A stretch of DNA of 62,900 nt, counting the filler, from Albugo candida (lineage: Eukaryota), in NCBI GenBank assembly GCA_040437565.1. It is 49 parts of 49 records of this genome, joined end to end, with 100 filler letters (N's around TTAATTAATTAA, not from the genome) between each part and the next. Parts side by side here need not be neighbours in the genome. Positions count along the whole stretch, not along the records: positions 21,034 to 22,235 come from JBDOQK010000618.1; positions 22,336 to 23,535 come from JBDOQK010000619.1; positions 23,636 to 24,832 come from JBDOQK010000620.1; positions 24,933 to 26,128 come from JBDOQK010000621.1; positions 26,229 to 27,423 come from JBDOQK010000622.1; positions 27,524 to 28,715 come from JBDOQK010000623.1; positions 28,816 to 30,005 come from JBDOQK010000624.1; positions 30,106 to 31,294 come from JBDOQK010000625.1; 41 more parts are not named here. One strand, written 5' to 3'. This document shows positions 20,934 to 32,804 of this stretch, in pieces. The stretch's first letter is position 1, and the number at the start of each line of letters is the position of its first letter. The notes beneath the pieces are model-generated. The model was not told where the DNA came from and made no database searches. It saw nothing but the letters and a program-made list of their open reading frames with translations. Both the position numbers and the translations under genes were made by a program.

Positions 20934-22452
20934 NNNNNNNNNNNNNNNNNNNNNNNNNNNNNNNNNNNNNNNNNNNNTTAATTAATTAANNNNNNNNNNN
21001 NNNNNNNNNNNNNNNNNNNNNNNNNNNNNNNNNCGTGAAAATTAGAGATGGATAACGCAACGATTTTCATTGATGATCATATATCTAAAGTGAAAAAGCT
21101 AGAGGCTATTTTTTTAATGACTTATAAATGACTTTACGATTACATATTATATCGGTAGTAATTTATAAAACTGGATTGATTGCAACATGTTTTTTTACAT
21201 AATTAATCAAACAGCAACTGTTATTACTTGTTTATCCCGATCTGGGACAACCTTTTACCCCTTTCCACAAGTTGTATAACCTGACTTTGCTTGACTTTGA
21301 ATACGTACATATATACATAGCATCATAATCCAATAATTTTCTTATTATCAAACTGATATTACCGCTTAGTATATAATAAATAAGAGGTATTTTGCAGCAT
21401 GACACTCTACTGTAATAGTAACGCCATTTATCCGGTTTGATAGAGAGAGAAAGACATTTGTTTGTTATACAAGTGCCTACCCTCGTACTGTGACAGGTTA
21501 CATTATGACTCGAACTTTAATCATTTGAATGCTTATATTATTTATAGATTTTAAAAAAAAATAACGACACAATAGTACTTTTCACTGTATATACTATATA
21601 CAGGTACGCCTCTTTTACGTATTTGTATGCGTTTTATTTTTAATATGCCAAATCAGAAAAATATGATTCGAGTATTTTACATTAAGAGAATAAAGATTAC
21701 CATTTTAAGTGATAACTCCATTTTACTTTGTAGTTCTAATTGTGGCTCAATTTTGGAATTCAGAATAAATAACGATCAAAGTGGCAAGTATTATACGGAC
21801 TTGTTTTAAGACAATGCAAACAATATAAATACTTGTTGAACATTGGCTATTTCATTCAGTGAAAAGTGCCCGCGGTAAAATGGCTGCAGACCATCTTTTT
21901 TATTTTTAGCAGTAGTGTGGCGAATGAGGATGATCTGGATCATAAACAATATAAACGCTAGTAGAATATTGGTTCTTGGGATAAACTTATTCCAGAAAAA
22001 ACCTTTACGTGTAACCTTTTTTGAAAAAAAAAAAATATTAATCATCATGTCGTCGTCAAGACAAATCAAAAAAGTTTATTTTTACTTTTTCTTATATATT
22101 TCGTTGCCGTAGCAGTTTAATCACTTGGTCTAATGCTTTCTGATGTCCCTAGACTTTTACTGCATAATAGTGCAAGAACTTGCTTTCATTATCTATAAGA
22201 ACAATAAAAAAAATGGAGTCGTTTCGTACGTCAGTNNNNNNNNNNNNNNNNNNNNNNNNNNNNNNNNNNNNNNNNNNNNTTAATTAATTAANNNNNNNNN
22301 NNNNNNNNNNNNNNNNNNNNNNNNNNNNNNNNNNNAAATTCCCATCCATCCATATTCTGTCAAGTCATCTGTCCTTTTTTATTACATCTAGTTTTAATTA
22401 CATCCATCCGTTATTGATTCACCATAATCTACTGTATTGGATTGTTATTATT

Positions 22453-23535
22453 ATGGAGTTTGCCTGGTACATCGTGTTATATTATTACCTGTTGGATGGT
22501 TCATATCCAGATGGAGCCCAGAAAGTATTGAAGCAGAAAATACGAAGACATGCCGTGAAATTGGAAATTAGAAATGAAAATTTATTCGATCGTGAAACTG
22601 GTAAACAAGTACTACACGAAGGAAATGTTAGAAATATATTAGTTCAAGTTCATGAAGAAGGACACCTTGGTTTCAAAAATATGTATAGTAGAGTTAATGA
22701 TCATTTTATTTATCATCGTAAGTTATATCAAGTTTGTCAAGAAATTTGTCGTGAATGTGTAACCTGTCAATTTCGTGCACGGCCTGTGTTCAAACGTACA
22801 AATTTAGCAAGGCCTATTTTAAATATTGCTACTCCATTTTTTATGGTTGCTGTTGATGCTGTTGGACCGTTGGAAATTACGTCAAGTAAAAATAGGTATA
22901 TTTTAACTGGTATTGATTATTTGACTCGATGGCCTATTGCTGCTGCTGTTCCCGATATCAACGAAATAACTACTACTGAATTTTATCTGAATCATTTAAT
23001 TACTCAATATGGTGTTAGTCAATATATTTTAAGTGATAGAGGCAGTAATTTTATTTCTACTTACACAAAACACTTTCTGATGAAAATGGGATGCCGGTCA
23101 GTTTCCACTACTTCTTTCCGTCCTGGTACTAATGGGTTATGTGAACGTACGAATCAAAGTTTATGTCGGACAATAGCAAAACTAGCAAGAGACAAAAATG
23201 ATGTACACGAATGGGATAAATATGTTAATTCCGCCTTACTGGTGTTAAGAACGTTAAAGAATGCTTCCACCGGTTATTCTCCAAGTGAATTGTTATATGG
23301 GTTCAAGATGGTAACTCCTGGAGTATGGTCTGCACCTATTGATGACTTTGTAGAAGGAGAATATGAAGATGATGTTGCTAAACGTGTAGAGTTCATTCAA
23401 AGTGAATTAGTTAATATTAGAAAATCAGCAAGAGAAGCTTCTGATAATGCCAAAAAGAAGTATGCAAAGAGATATAATGAAACTGTTCATGAAAGAGAAT
23501 TATTTCGTGTTGGTGAACAAGTACTGTTAAAAGAA
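22453..23535 (+). mobile_element. Stand-alone gypsy-type integrase (Ginger/GIN-like), 3'-truncated
   Basis: YL.DGSYP N-terminus, HEEGH...CVTC zinc finger, DDE residues in VAVDAVGP, ILSDRGSNF and NGLCERTN, FRVGEQVLL at the end. No RNase H-like sequence upstream. Confidence 0.75.
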
Positions 23536-23993
23536 NNNNNNNNNNNNNNNNNNNNNNNNNNNNNNNNNNNNNNNNNNNNTTAATTAATTAANNNNNNNNN
23601 NNNNNNNNNNNNNNNNNNNNNNNNNNNNNNNNNNNGATGAGTTTACTATCTCAGAATAAAGAAGACATTTTTTTGCCGAAAGAACGTCCTCTTCGCTCAG
23701 CTGCCAACATTGCTGTAGTAGACGAAAGCGACCGCTTCCTGTTCAGAAATCATTTTTCAAGAGATACTCACTTTGACTGGTAAAGCTGATCTTGGAACTT
23801 CAAATAAATTTAGGGAGCTGCTATCCGGACACAACCACTTTGCTAACCGCCCCCCCCTCTCCTTACATGTGATTATATATATATATATTGGGAATATAAA
23901 AAGTATGGAAGCCGTTATTCAGTCCCCAGCCTCCATGAATTGATGAAAAGCGTGGCTTCTGATTAGTTTAAATTAAGATATCATAATAAAAAA

Positions 23994-24320
23994 TAGGGTA
24001 TCAATATCCCGACAACTATTTTTGATATCCCGACAGCTTTTTTTTAATTACATTTTTATTTCTCATTTTAAATTACATCATGCCTACCTAAATTGTTACT
24101 CCCACAACTTTTTTGTAACAATAAATAATGGTTTCGATATCCCGACAACTTTTTTTAAAATTACACTTATTTTTAATTTAGATTACGTCATGCTTACTTA
24201 ATTATTGTAACAACAAATAATGGTTTCGATATCCCGACAGCTTTTTTTTTATTACATTTATTTTTAATTTAGATTGCGTCATGCCTACTCAAAGTATCGC
24301 TCCCACAACTATTTTGAAAA
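23994..24320 (+). repeat. Probable DNA-transposon terminal region with reiterated ATATCCCGACA(A/G)CT motifs
   Basis: Starts TAGGGTATC. Four ATATCCCGACA and two TCCCACAACT copies lie in ~95-bp larger duplications. Confidence 0.55.
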
Positions 24321-25068
24321 ATAAATAAGTTTACATTTTTGACTAATAGAAGTCATTTACGTCTAATGCCAATCTAGTAACATAGATACCTTCAACGGAG
24401 CTAAACACTCACCATTAATAGACGATTCATCGACAGTTTGTTGAACTATAATGCGTCGTAAAGATGCAAAAGTTATCATAAACTAATGGCCGAAAATAAA
24501 ATGTATTATGAAAAAAGTGTGGGAAGGAAAATATCTAATTTTTCACTTAAGCTTGTTCTGAATCTAACCTTGTAACCGGAATTCCGCGATACCGCTTGTT
24601 ATGGCCGATTTTCCGCAATTGCTGCACCTGCATTTCCCTGTGTCCGATGCTCAAATGCTATGTGTCAGATGGAAATTGTCAGAAGTAATAGCCAATCACA
24701 GATGAAACGTTCTGTGTATTAGTCAATCACAAACAATTCTGGACTGGAGCTGTTGGAGCAACAATGTAGCGTGTGTATGGATGTAATTAGTTAGAGACGT
24801 GAAATCATGTATGTATTTTGCAAAAAAGAAAANNNNNNNNNNNNNNNNNNNNNNNNNNNNNNNNNNNNNNNNNNNNTTAATTAATTAANNNNNNNNNNNN
24901 NNNNNNNNNNNNNNNNNNNNNNNNNNNNNNNNGATTGACGTATATTAGCTAACTCCGCCTATTTGATAAAATGATAGTGCTTTTATTAGTGATAATAATA
25001 ATTGTAAAGAAGATGATGTAGCAAAAAGAAAAAAAAATGGTGAGTATTATATGACTGTGCAGTGGTTG

Positions 25069-25878
25069 TTACATCAACTTTTGAAGATCAACTTCACTTT
25101 CGTCATCATTGTTTGCATTATACGATACTATAAACTTAATAGCAGTAAATGCTGGAGTCATTAATGAGAAGAAACGAACAGCGAGATTAGAGAACGCTTG
25201 GGTATCAAAACTTGATTGAGTGCTATAACAACTGGTGCAACTAAAAGTGGTAGATAGCGTTTTGTTACCTATTAAATACAAATATTCATAATACCATTGT
25301 TGCAACAATTCTGTATATTCTGGTTGGTTTGAATTAATAAAGATACCAGCATCTTGAATCATGAGTGAGACGTATGTTTGGCCCATAAGAAACGAATATC
25401 TCTGCTTGTGAAGGTTGGATATATTTTTGGATATTCCAAACGCTTCCACCTTGGTGCCAATAAATACAGCATGCTGTCCCATGTCTGCTTTTCCCATATT
25501 ACTGTAGTTTATTATTTTATCTTCTTTTCCACAAGTATACCTGATAATATCAAATTGAGTCGATTTAAGTGAATTCTCATCCCTCTGGTAATTATCATAA
25601 CTCACTGTTATATCCTTACAGGGACCAATTTTTTGTCCTTTGTTAATAATAGTATCACTGATATGATACTCTGTCATATCTGCTGACATAAACACTATAG
25701 ATTCATTTCCATATCTTACATCTGCGCATGAATAATCGTGTGTTGTACTGGAAAAGTTGCAAGAGCCAGTAAGTGACCACATAATAATCAATATTGCAGC
25801 AATCACATTTAAAACCAAAAATAGTATTGTTCTTGTTGACGATAATTCACTTTCATGAGGTGTTTTTAAATGCCACAT
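25069..25878 (-). CDS. Hypothetical membrane protein, 269 aa, N- and C-terminal hydrophobic helices around a Cys-containing loop
   Basis: Complete intronless ORF. TM ILFLVLNVIAAILIIMWSL, six Cys, C-terminal hydrophobic helix. Confidence 0.75.
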   Translation of the reverse strand: MWHLKTPHESELSSTRTILFLVLNVIAAILIIMWSLTGSCNFSSTTHDYSCADVRYGNESIVFMSADMTEYHISDTIINKGQKIGPCKDITVSYDNYQRDENSLKSTQFDIIRYTCGKEDKIINYSNMGKADMGQHAVFIGTKVEAFGISKNISNLHKQRYSFLMGQTYVSLMIQDAGIFINSNQPEYTELLQQWYYEYLYLIGNKTLSTTFSCTSCYSTQSSFDTQAFSNLAVRFFSLMTPAFTAIKFIVSYNANNDDESEVDLQKLM

Positions 25879-26228
25879 AATAATTAGAAATGATTGATTT
25901 TATAAAAAAAGAGTTAGAGCTGATCTATGAATTCAAAATAAATAAAAAAGCAATATTGATTATTATTGGGGTTTTTATTATAATGAATTTTCACGTCTTT
26001 CTTTACAGAGTGTACCACACGGCTTAGAATTATTATTGTAACACCTATAATTATTGCTTAGCTCTTTCAATCATCAGACACCAAGTCGAGACCCATTGCA
26101 TAACGTAAAAATAATAATAATAATACCANNNNNNNNNNNNNNNNNNNNNNNNNNNNNNNNNNNNNNNNNNNNTTAATTAATTAANNNNNNNNNNNNNNNN
26201 NNNNNNNNNNNNNNNNNNNNNNNNNNNN

Positions 26229-26994
26229 ACTATGAGTACGCTGTACCTAAATTTAACAATCCCACAAAAAAAGAAATGCTCTTATTCCAGCAAGTCGATA
26301 TGACTATAAACTATACAACCACAACTCATAATAACACTGATATTCACAAGACATTCCAAATTCATAGTCAAATGTCCGCTGTGTCTAAACTCAACTGCAC
26401 CTTCAACGAAGCAGCCGCCACAAATAGAAGATTTATTCTCTACAAAAAAAAATGTAAGTCCTTGCACCTTTATAGCTTTATTACATTCACTTATCTTTGT
26501 CTTTTACATTATTTAGTCATCAACAGAACGATCAAACTGTCCTTTGCTTAGGCGAAGTCGTTTGCTTCGTATATCCTGTAAACACCAACTCCAATCCTTC
26601 CCGCCACCGTCCCCCTTTCGCTGTTGTCTCACCATTCAAGTATATAAGCCAACCATATCTTGATAACTACCCTCAAATCAAAGGTTTCTGCTCCAGAAGA
26701 AAAACAGAGTTAGTTCCTGTAACGGACATTCTCCATCTCGTTGGCCTTCAAAGAACATTCAAGCCCCATGATATCCAAAAAGGTGCGCACAATACAGTAA
26801 GTACTAGAGACCCTTTGGAATACTTCAACGTCTTTTGGCCAAGAAGCTCCATTGGTGTTCATCTTAGCTACCCTTTTTGTCCACCTACAACCGATCTTCC
26901 CATTTCTCCTCTTCCCGTAACCTACATTAGCAACATTCTTGATTCTCCTGGTGAGGATCAAAATTCGTTTAATTTCGCACAAACTACCATTTAG
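26229..26994 (+). mobile_element. C-terminal part of a CACTA-type transposase gene (probable intron from GTAAGT at ~26454)
   Basis: LGEVVCF...FAVV...VPVTDILHLVGL...VFWP resembles the C-terminal beta domain of fungal En/Spm transposases. It lies 430 bp inside a CACTA end. Splice phase is imperfect across an A run. Confidence 0.55.
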
Positions 26995-27339
26995 AATTAG
27001 AAAAAAATATACTTGCCTTTCGCTTCTTAACTTTTTAACGCGAGACAAAAAAAAAACTTTAAAAAAAATAAAAAATTTTAACCAATCCCAAGCTCTTGTA
27101 AAGTTTATGTTAAATCAAACCCCCAATAATTTTTAAAAAAAAGCAATTCGTGAAACATGAAATGAGAGGGAGTGTAAAAGTAGAGTGATTTTACCTCTAA
27201 AAATTAAAATAACGTCAAAAATGCTTGAACTTTAATTTCAAAATCACTGATTTCTTTTCTTCAGGCTCAAAAAATATTAAAGCTACGCTCGACTGGGCTT
27301 TAACACAAAAATTTATTTAAAATTTATGGTACTTGAAAA

Positions 27340-27423
27340 AAAAGTGGTACTTCACGCTGAAATACCACTAAATTTCGCTGAGGCTAAATTACCACAAAAT
27401 TTGAGGGAATCCCAACCGTAGTG
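27340..27423 (-). mobile_element. CACTA 3' terminus
   Basis: The contig ends ...CCCAACCGTAGTG (reverse complement CACTACGGTTGGG), with short ACCAC/GTGGT and CGCTGA reiterations inside. Confidence 0.7.
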
Positions 27424-27523
27424 NNNNNNNNNNNNNNNNNNNNNNNNNNNNNNNNNNNNNNNNNNNNTTAATTAATTAANNNNNNNNNNNNNNNNNNNNN
27501 NNNNNNNNNNNNNNNNNNNNNNN

Positions 27524-28715
27524 CAATCAAAAATCCAGTTCATCTAATTATGAAAATCAAAATAATAATATTCAAAAAAAACAAGACAACAATAATCATG
27601 CTTTAAACCACATGGAAGTAAACTATGAAAATCCTACCTATGAAAACTATGATCTATATGCTTCTACTAGAAACCCAAAGCCTCCTGTTGTTACTACAAC
27701 TGATCCTTATCTTACTCACTTAAAAGCTAAGAAATCAAACGTAGTCAATAAGTCAGCTCCTGCGGTAAAATCTACAGATAAATCTAAGCAAGTACAATTT
27801 GTTTCAGAAAATATGGTTCACCCCTCTATCAATCAGAATATGAACCCTGAAATAGTACCTACTTATAGTTCTATCCATTTTTCTGCGCCCGCTCAAGCTA
27901 CTCAAATTATGAATCCCATGCATATTCCTCCGGTATCAACTGACAATAACACAATGGAGCATACAGCCAATAATCTCTCTTCTACTTCAAAAGTAATTAA
28001 GAAAAGAACGAGATCAAGTAGTTTGCCTCCGAGAATTAAATATGATATTTGTGAAGATGTACTTGCTCAAAAAGCTAATATCAACATTGGTGATTTGGTT
28101 ACTGTGGCTCCTGGGTTGAAAAAACAGCTCATTAAAAAATGTCAAAAATTGGGAAAACGTATCATGAATAATCAATCCACTTCTTCGGCTAATCCTTCTG
28201 AAGTTATGGACTTAGCTTATGCTGAAGATGAAGACATAGATACAACTGCTCTCAACACAAACATTTTTATTGGTAATCATCCTGTCTCAATTGTACTAGA
28301 TACTGGTAGTGCTAAAACATGCATCTCGAAGCAACTTGCTGATAGATTGGGGTTAATCATAGATGGACAATCTTATTCCATTTTTACATTGGGGAATGGT
28401 ACCAAGCAGCCTGCATTAGGGTTGATTTATGATGTTCCTTTAACCTTTGGAGATTTAGTCATACCATGTACGTTAGAAGTGCTTCCATACTGTCCCACCA
28501 ATCTGTTAATAGGAAATAATTTCCTTCATCGTGCAAAAGCTAAAATAAATCTAGAAACAAAATCTGCTCGGTTAACTTACAAAGGCCAAAGTACTGATAT
28601 TCCTATTTCTTTTGGAAACGTTGGATCTGACAAGTTTTTCAAGATTCAAACTGTAGGAAAAATGCCCTACCAAATACAAGGATCAAAAAAGGTTACCACT
28701 ACTACTACTATTACT
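27524..28715 (+). mobile_element. Ty3/gypsy gag-pol fragment with retroviral-type aspartic protease
   Basis: IVLDTGSAKTCISKQLADRLGL and LLIGNNFL, preceded by YDICEDVLAQKANINIGDL. Confidence 0.88.
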
Positions 28716-28815
28716 NNNNNNNNNNNNNNNNNNNNNNNNNNNNNNNNNNNNNNNNNNNNTTAATTAATTAANNNNNNNNNNNNNNNNNNNNNNNNNNNNN
28801 NNNNNNNNNNNNNNN

Positions 28816-30005
28816 GAAAGAAGTAATCAATGATGAGTGTTCCAGTTTAAATATTTGCGAGGCTGCAGGACCCATCCACGTATCTTTTTCAATGATACAG
28901 TGCCAATGATATCTCCATAGTATAGAAAAGCCAGTGCCAAGGACCACAAGTACATTTCTTTTAAGAGAAATGGAAACAGTACCAGTTGCACTAGACGAGT
29001 TGCCACAGAAAGAAACAAGACCAGTCCAAACAGACAATGGATCCGGAAAAGAAGATGTAATATTAAACAATGCCAGAACTTCACACCAGAATCGCCATTT
29101 GTCTGGACAATCTTCCACCATATGAAAAGCTTCTTCAGCAGTTGAAAGGGAGCATATTGAACATAACGGCGAAGTATACTCGAGTGGGGACCACCGATGC
29201 AGCTTAGCTTTGTAGCCTATACAGTCTTGCAGTAAGCGCCACCAAGGGGTAAAAGCTTTATGAGTCATTCTCAGAGACCAGGATTGCTTCCAAAAGCCAG
29301 GATTATGCATCAAACCAAAAGCGACCTTTACAGGCGGGTGAGGAGAGGTTAGCAACAAGAGAAAGTCAGGATGCCAAGCATGCCGAAGCGTACCTAGCGA
29401 AACTGATTGGATCGCAGTAGACTTGTTCGGTGTTTCAAGATGCCAACCAGAGCAGTCAGGCAACCAGGAGGTACTATAAACAGGAGACAAGGTAGACCTA
29501 GGTCTGGAGAAAGCCTCAAATTGATTACGAACCACGAGAAAAGCATCAGGTAAAAAAACGGATGTAGAAGTTCCAGAAGCAATTGAATACATTAATTCAC
29601 GCACTTGTCTGAGAATAACAGATCCAGTAGGCACCGTACTCGTTATGCACAGCACATTACGCCTAGAATTCCATTGAAGTAAATCTGACATAAGATACCT
29701 TAAAGGAATGTTGTGTATGACCTGAGCATCAGACGAAGCAGTAGCAGATACCAGGGGAGAATAATCCAAAGTCTTAAAAACACACTTAAGTGGCAAATCT
29801 AAGAACCAACGACTACTCCAATTGGCTGAAATACCTAGAGGTGGTAGCTTGATCAGAAGACAACCTAATGCATGAAGTGTTGGAACATCAACTAAAAGCG
29901 ATTGAAAGAATTTGGGGTACAAGAGCCAAGGAAGAAGAAAAGCATGACCAGTATAGACCCGAAAAGTTCGAGCCAACCACGGAGACACAAAATCCAAAGC
30001 TGTTG
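28816..30005 (-). mobile_element. Non-LTR retrotransposon (L1/Tx1-like) ORF2 C-terminal region with zf-RVT CCHC
   Basis: FWKQSWSL...WWRLLQD...CSICSLSTAEEAFHMVEDC...LWRYHW. Confidence 0.8.
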
Positions 30006-30105
30006 NNNNNNNNNNNNNNNNNNNNNNNNNNNNNNNNNNNNNNNNNNNNTTAATTAATTAANNNNNNNNNNNNNNNNNNNNNNNNNNNNNNNNNNNNNNN
30101 NNNNN

Positions 30106-30294
30106 AAGTTACTTGGCTCCCATTTCGCACAATACGCACTCAATTTATGTCGGACGTATGAATACAAAAAAGATGTCAATGAATGGAAAGCACACTTCAC
30201 CAAGCAAAAGAAAATTTCAGAGCAATTTGAGAGCGTCTTGGCCGACGAACCTTTACCAACACCAAAAAGGAAACGAACGAAGAAGTGCACTTGA
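30106..30294 (+). CDS. C-terminal 62 aa of a probable Nop9-like pumilio-repeat nucleolar protein (not in the ORF track)
   Basis: KLLGSHFAQYALNLCRTYEYKKDVNEWKAHFTKQKKISEQFESVLAD...PKRKRTKKCT* resembles the Nop9 C-terminal helices plus a basic NLS. Confidence 0.5.
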   Translation, partial: KLLGSHFAQYALNLCRTYEYKKDVNEWKAHFTKQKKISEQFESVLADEPLPTPKRKRTKKCT

Positions 30295-30488
30295 AACACA
30301 GGTGCAACAGCTGCAAAGTTCGCTCAAGACCTCATGCTTCTGAATGGATTAGAAGCACTACATTTCTGGCACAAAGTTTATCGATAGAAATATACATGGC
30401 ATAGCGATTTGAAATATTAATCACGTCTTTAATCTTAAGTTTCAACGACGACTTTGCGGGAGCACTTGTTCAGATTTCAGAGCACAAC

Positions 30489-31292
30489 TTATGGAGTGGC
30501 TTCTGCTTTGCCTGGCTCATATGGGCTACTTTCCGAATTTGTTTCCTGCTGTGTTGCTGCATTCTCCGTGGGATGCTTCTTCTGGCTTCCTTCACTCTCA
30601 TTCTCAACTTTGCTTTTGTCAATAGGTTCTTGTTGCGTTGCTGTATGCTCAGCAGGATCCTTCTTCTGATTTCCTTGGCTCTCATTCTCAACTTTGCTTT
30701 TGTCAATAGGTTCTTGTTGCGTTGCTGTATGCTCAGCAGGATCCTTCTTCTGATTTCCTTGGCTCTCATTCTCAACTTTGCTTTTGTCAATAGGTTCTTG
30801 TTGCGTTGCTGTATGCTCAGCAGGATCCTTCTTCTGATTTCCTTGGCTCTCATTCTCAACTTTGCTTTTGTCAATAGGTTCTTGTTGCGTTGCTGTATGC
30901 TCAGCAGGATCCTTCTTCTGATTTCCTTGGCTCTCATTCTCAACTTTGCTTTTGTCAATAGGTTCTTGTTGCGTTGCTGTATGCTCAGCAGGATCCTTCT
31001 TCTGATTTCCTTGGCTCTCATTCTCAACTTTGCTTTTGTCAATAGGTTCTTGTTGCGTTGCTGTATGCTCAGCAGGATCCTTCTTCTGATTTCCTTGGCT
31101 CTCATTCTCAACTTTGCTTTTGTCAATAGGTTCTTGTTGCGTTGCTGTATGCTCAGCAGGATCCTTCTTCTGATTTCCTTGGCTCTCATTCTCAACTTTG
31201 CTTTTGTCAATAGGTTCTTGTTGCGTTGCTGTATGCTCAGCAGGATCCTTCTTCTGATTTCCTTGGCTCTCATTCTCAACTTTGCTTTTGTC
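30489..31292 (-). CDS. C-terminus of a hydrophilic repeat protein: 84-bp unit ESQGNQKKDPAEHTATQQEPIDKSKVEN, ~8 identical copies (frame not in the ORF track)
   Basis: This frame is open from the contig edge, runs through a diverged copy (ESEGSQKKHPTENAATQQETN) and stops at 30489. Confidence 0.7.
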   Translation of the reverse strand, partial: DKSKVENESQGNQKKDPAEHTATQQEPIDKSKVENESQGNQKKDPAEHTATQQEPIDKSKVENESQGNQKKDPAEHTATQQEPIDKSKVENESQGNQKKDPAEHTATQQEPIDKSKVENESQGNQKKDPAEHTATQQEPIDKSKVENESQGNQKKDPAEHTATQQEPIDKSKVENESQGNQKKDPAEHTATQQEPIDKSKVENESQGNQKKDPAEHTATQQEPIDKSKVENESEGSQKKHPTENAATQQETNSESSPYEPGKAEATP

Positions 31293-31394
31293 AANNNNNN
31301 NNNNNNNNNNNNNNNNNNNNNNNNNNNNNNNNNNNNNNTTAATTAATTAANNNNNNNNNNNNNNNNNNNNNNNNNNNNNNNNNNNNNNNNNNNN

Positions 31395-31647
31395 TATCAT
31401 CAAATACTCCCAAGCAAATTTTGCAGACCTTTGTGCAGTTTCCAGCTATATGACCAGAACCATTGCAGTTCAAGCAAAAATTATTATTTTCCACTTCTTG
31501 ACTTCTAAGTTACATATAAGCTTTGTATTAGTATGAAATTAAAACTAACAAATTTAATTTTTAAATATTATGTATGTACCTTCTGTCTACCAGTTGAGAG
31601 AATGTCTCCAGATCTCTATCTACTACTAAATCACTGCTACTAAGCAT
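31395..31647 (-). CDS. 5' end of a CCHC zinc-knuckle gene; exons 31647-31580 and 31504-31395
   Basis: A 75-bp GT..AG intron joins MLSSSDL...VDRR in frame to SQEVENNNFCLNCNGSGHIAGNCTKVCKIC. Confidence 0.7.
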
Positions 31648-32682
31648 AATGTTTTTTATAGTATATACTACTTGTTTGGAGTGAATAAAAAGGAGAAAGG
31701 AAAAAGGGATTATCGCACTTGAGGGCAGTTTTAAGCTTATGTATGTTTATTTATTGTTTGCATCGAATGATTAATTAGATAATATATTATTTTTAGATCA
31801 GATGCATGAAGTGTTTCATTTAGCATGATGTTGTATGCGTAATTTGATACTGGCGTAATAGTGACACGACTACTATTACGGGATGATAATAATCTGAACA
31901 TAGATTGTTCTATTTATTGACGTCGAGGTCAGCAATTCTTGAGTACTATTTCAGCAAGTAAACTGTAGTACTAATAATTTCAAATTCTTTGTGAAAAAAC
32001 ACTGTTCCCACTTACATAATCTATATGCGTTTATTTTTTTAACGACACAAACAAGAGCTAACACATCTTTCTTCTCTAAATAACAATTGAACTGATTTTA
32101 TTCGACTATGAACTTAACATAAAGCGAATAAAAACCTACACTTAAAAGAGAGCATACAAGTGCTGCCTATGCAAGTTTTCTTCGTCAGTTATTTCTTTGG
32201 AGTACTTTTCACTTATTACTTCTTCATAAGGCAGGATATGAATTTTATTTATTTAATTGACGACGACATGTTCTTACAATCAATTCTCGTTCGTTTGCTT
32301 TTCAAATTAACTTTAATTCTTTGTTCTTATGACAATATAATTTATGTTATTCTATTTAAATCCATATGTATAATAGCAAAAGTAGCTTTTACGTGTCCAG
32401 AAAACAGTGGTGATGATGCGCTTTTTCGTAACACGAAACAGTAGTGTATATAGCAATGAGCAAAACCTTTATTCAAACAATTGCAGGCGCAGCTAGGACG
32501 AGATATGAAAAGATAAAGCTTATTATGGTTTATGGTACATTTATGTTTGTATTTAGGGGAGTTTAATCAAGTATTGTAATCANNNNNNNNNNNNNNNNNN
32601 NNNNNNNNNNNNNNNNNNNNNNNNNNTTAATTAATTAANNNNNNNNNNNNNNNNNNNNNNNNNNNNNNNNNNNNNNNNNNNN

Positions 32683-32804
32683 GGACGCTTCCAGTTCTTG
32701 CAAACAAGTATGCATTCGATCATTGGAACAACACCATAACCTGGATCCTTTAATAAATCAAGCACTCTAAGTAAAATTTCAACTGGTAAATCTTCCCAAG
32801 GCAT
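32683..32804 (-). CDS. N-terminus of an F-box protein
   Basis: MPWEDLPVEILLRVLDLL...CILVCKNWKR matches the F-box consensus. Confidence 0.85.

Noticed and set aside
30470-31346. Arg/Leu-rich 274-aa and hydrophobic 257-aa repeat ORFs
   Set aside because: Alternative frames of the 84-bp repeat. The hydrophilic frame is more protein-like, though unproven.
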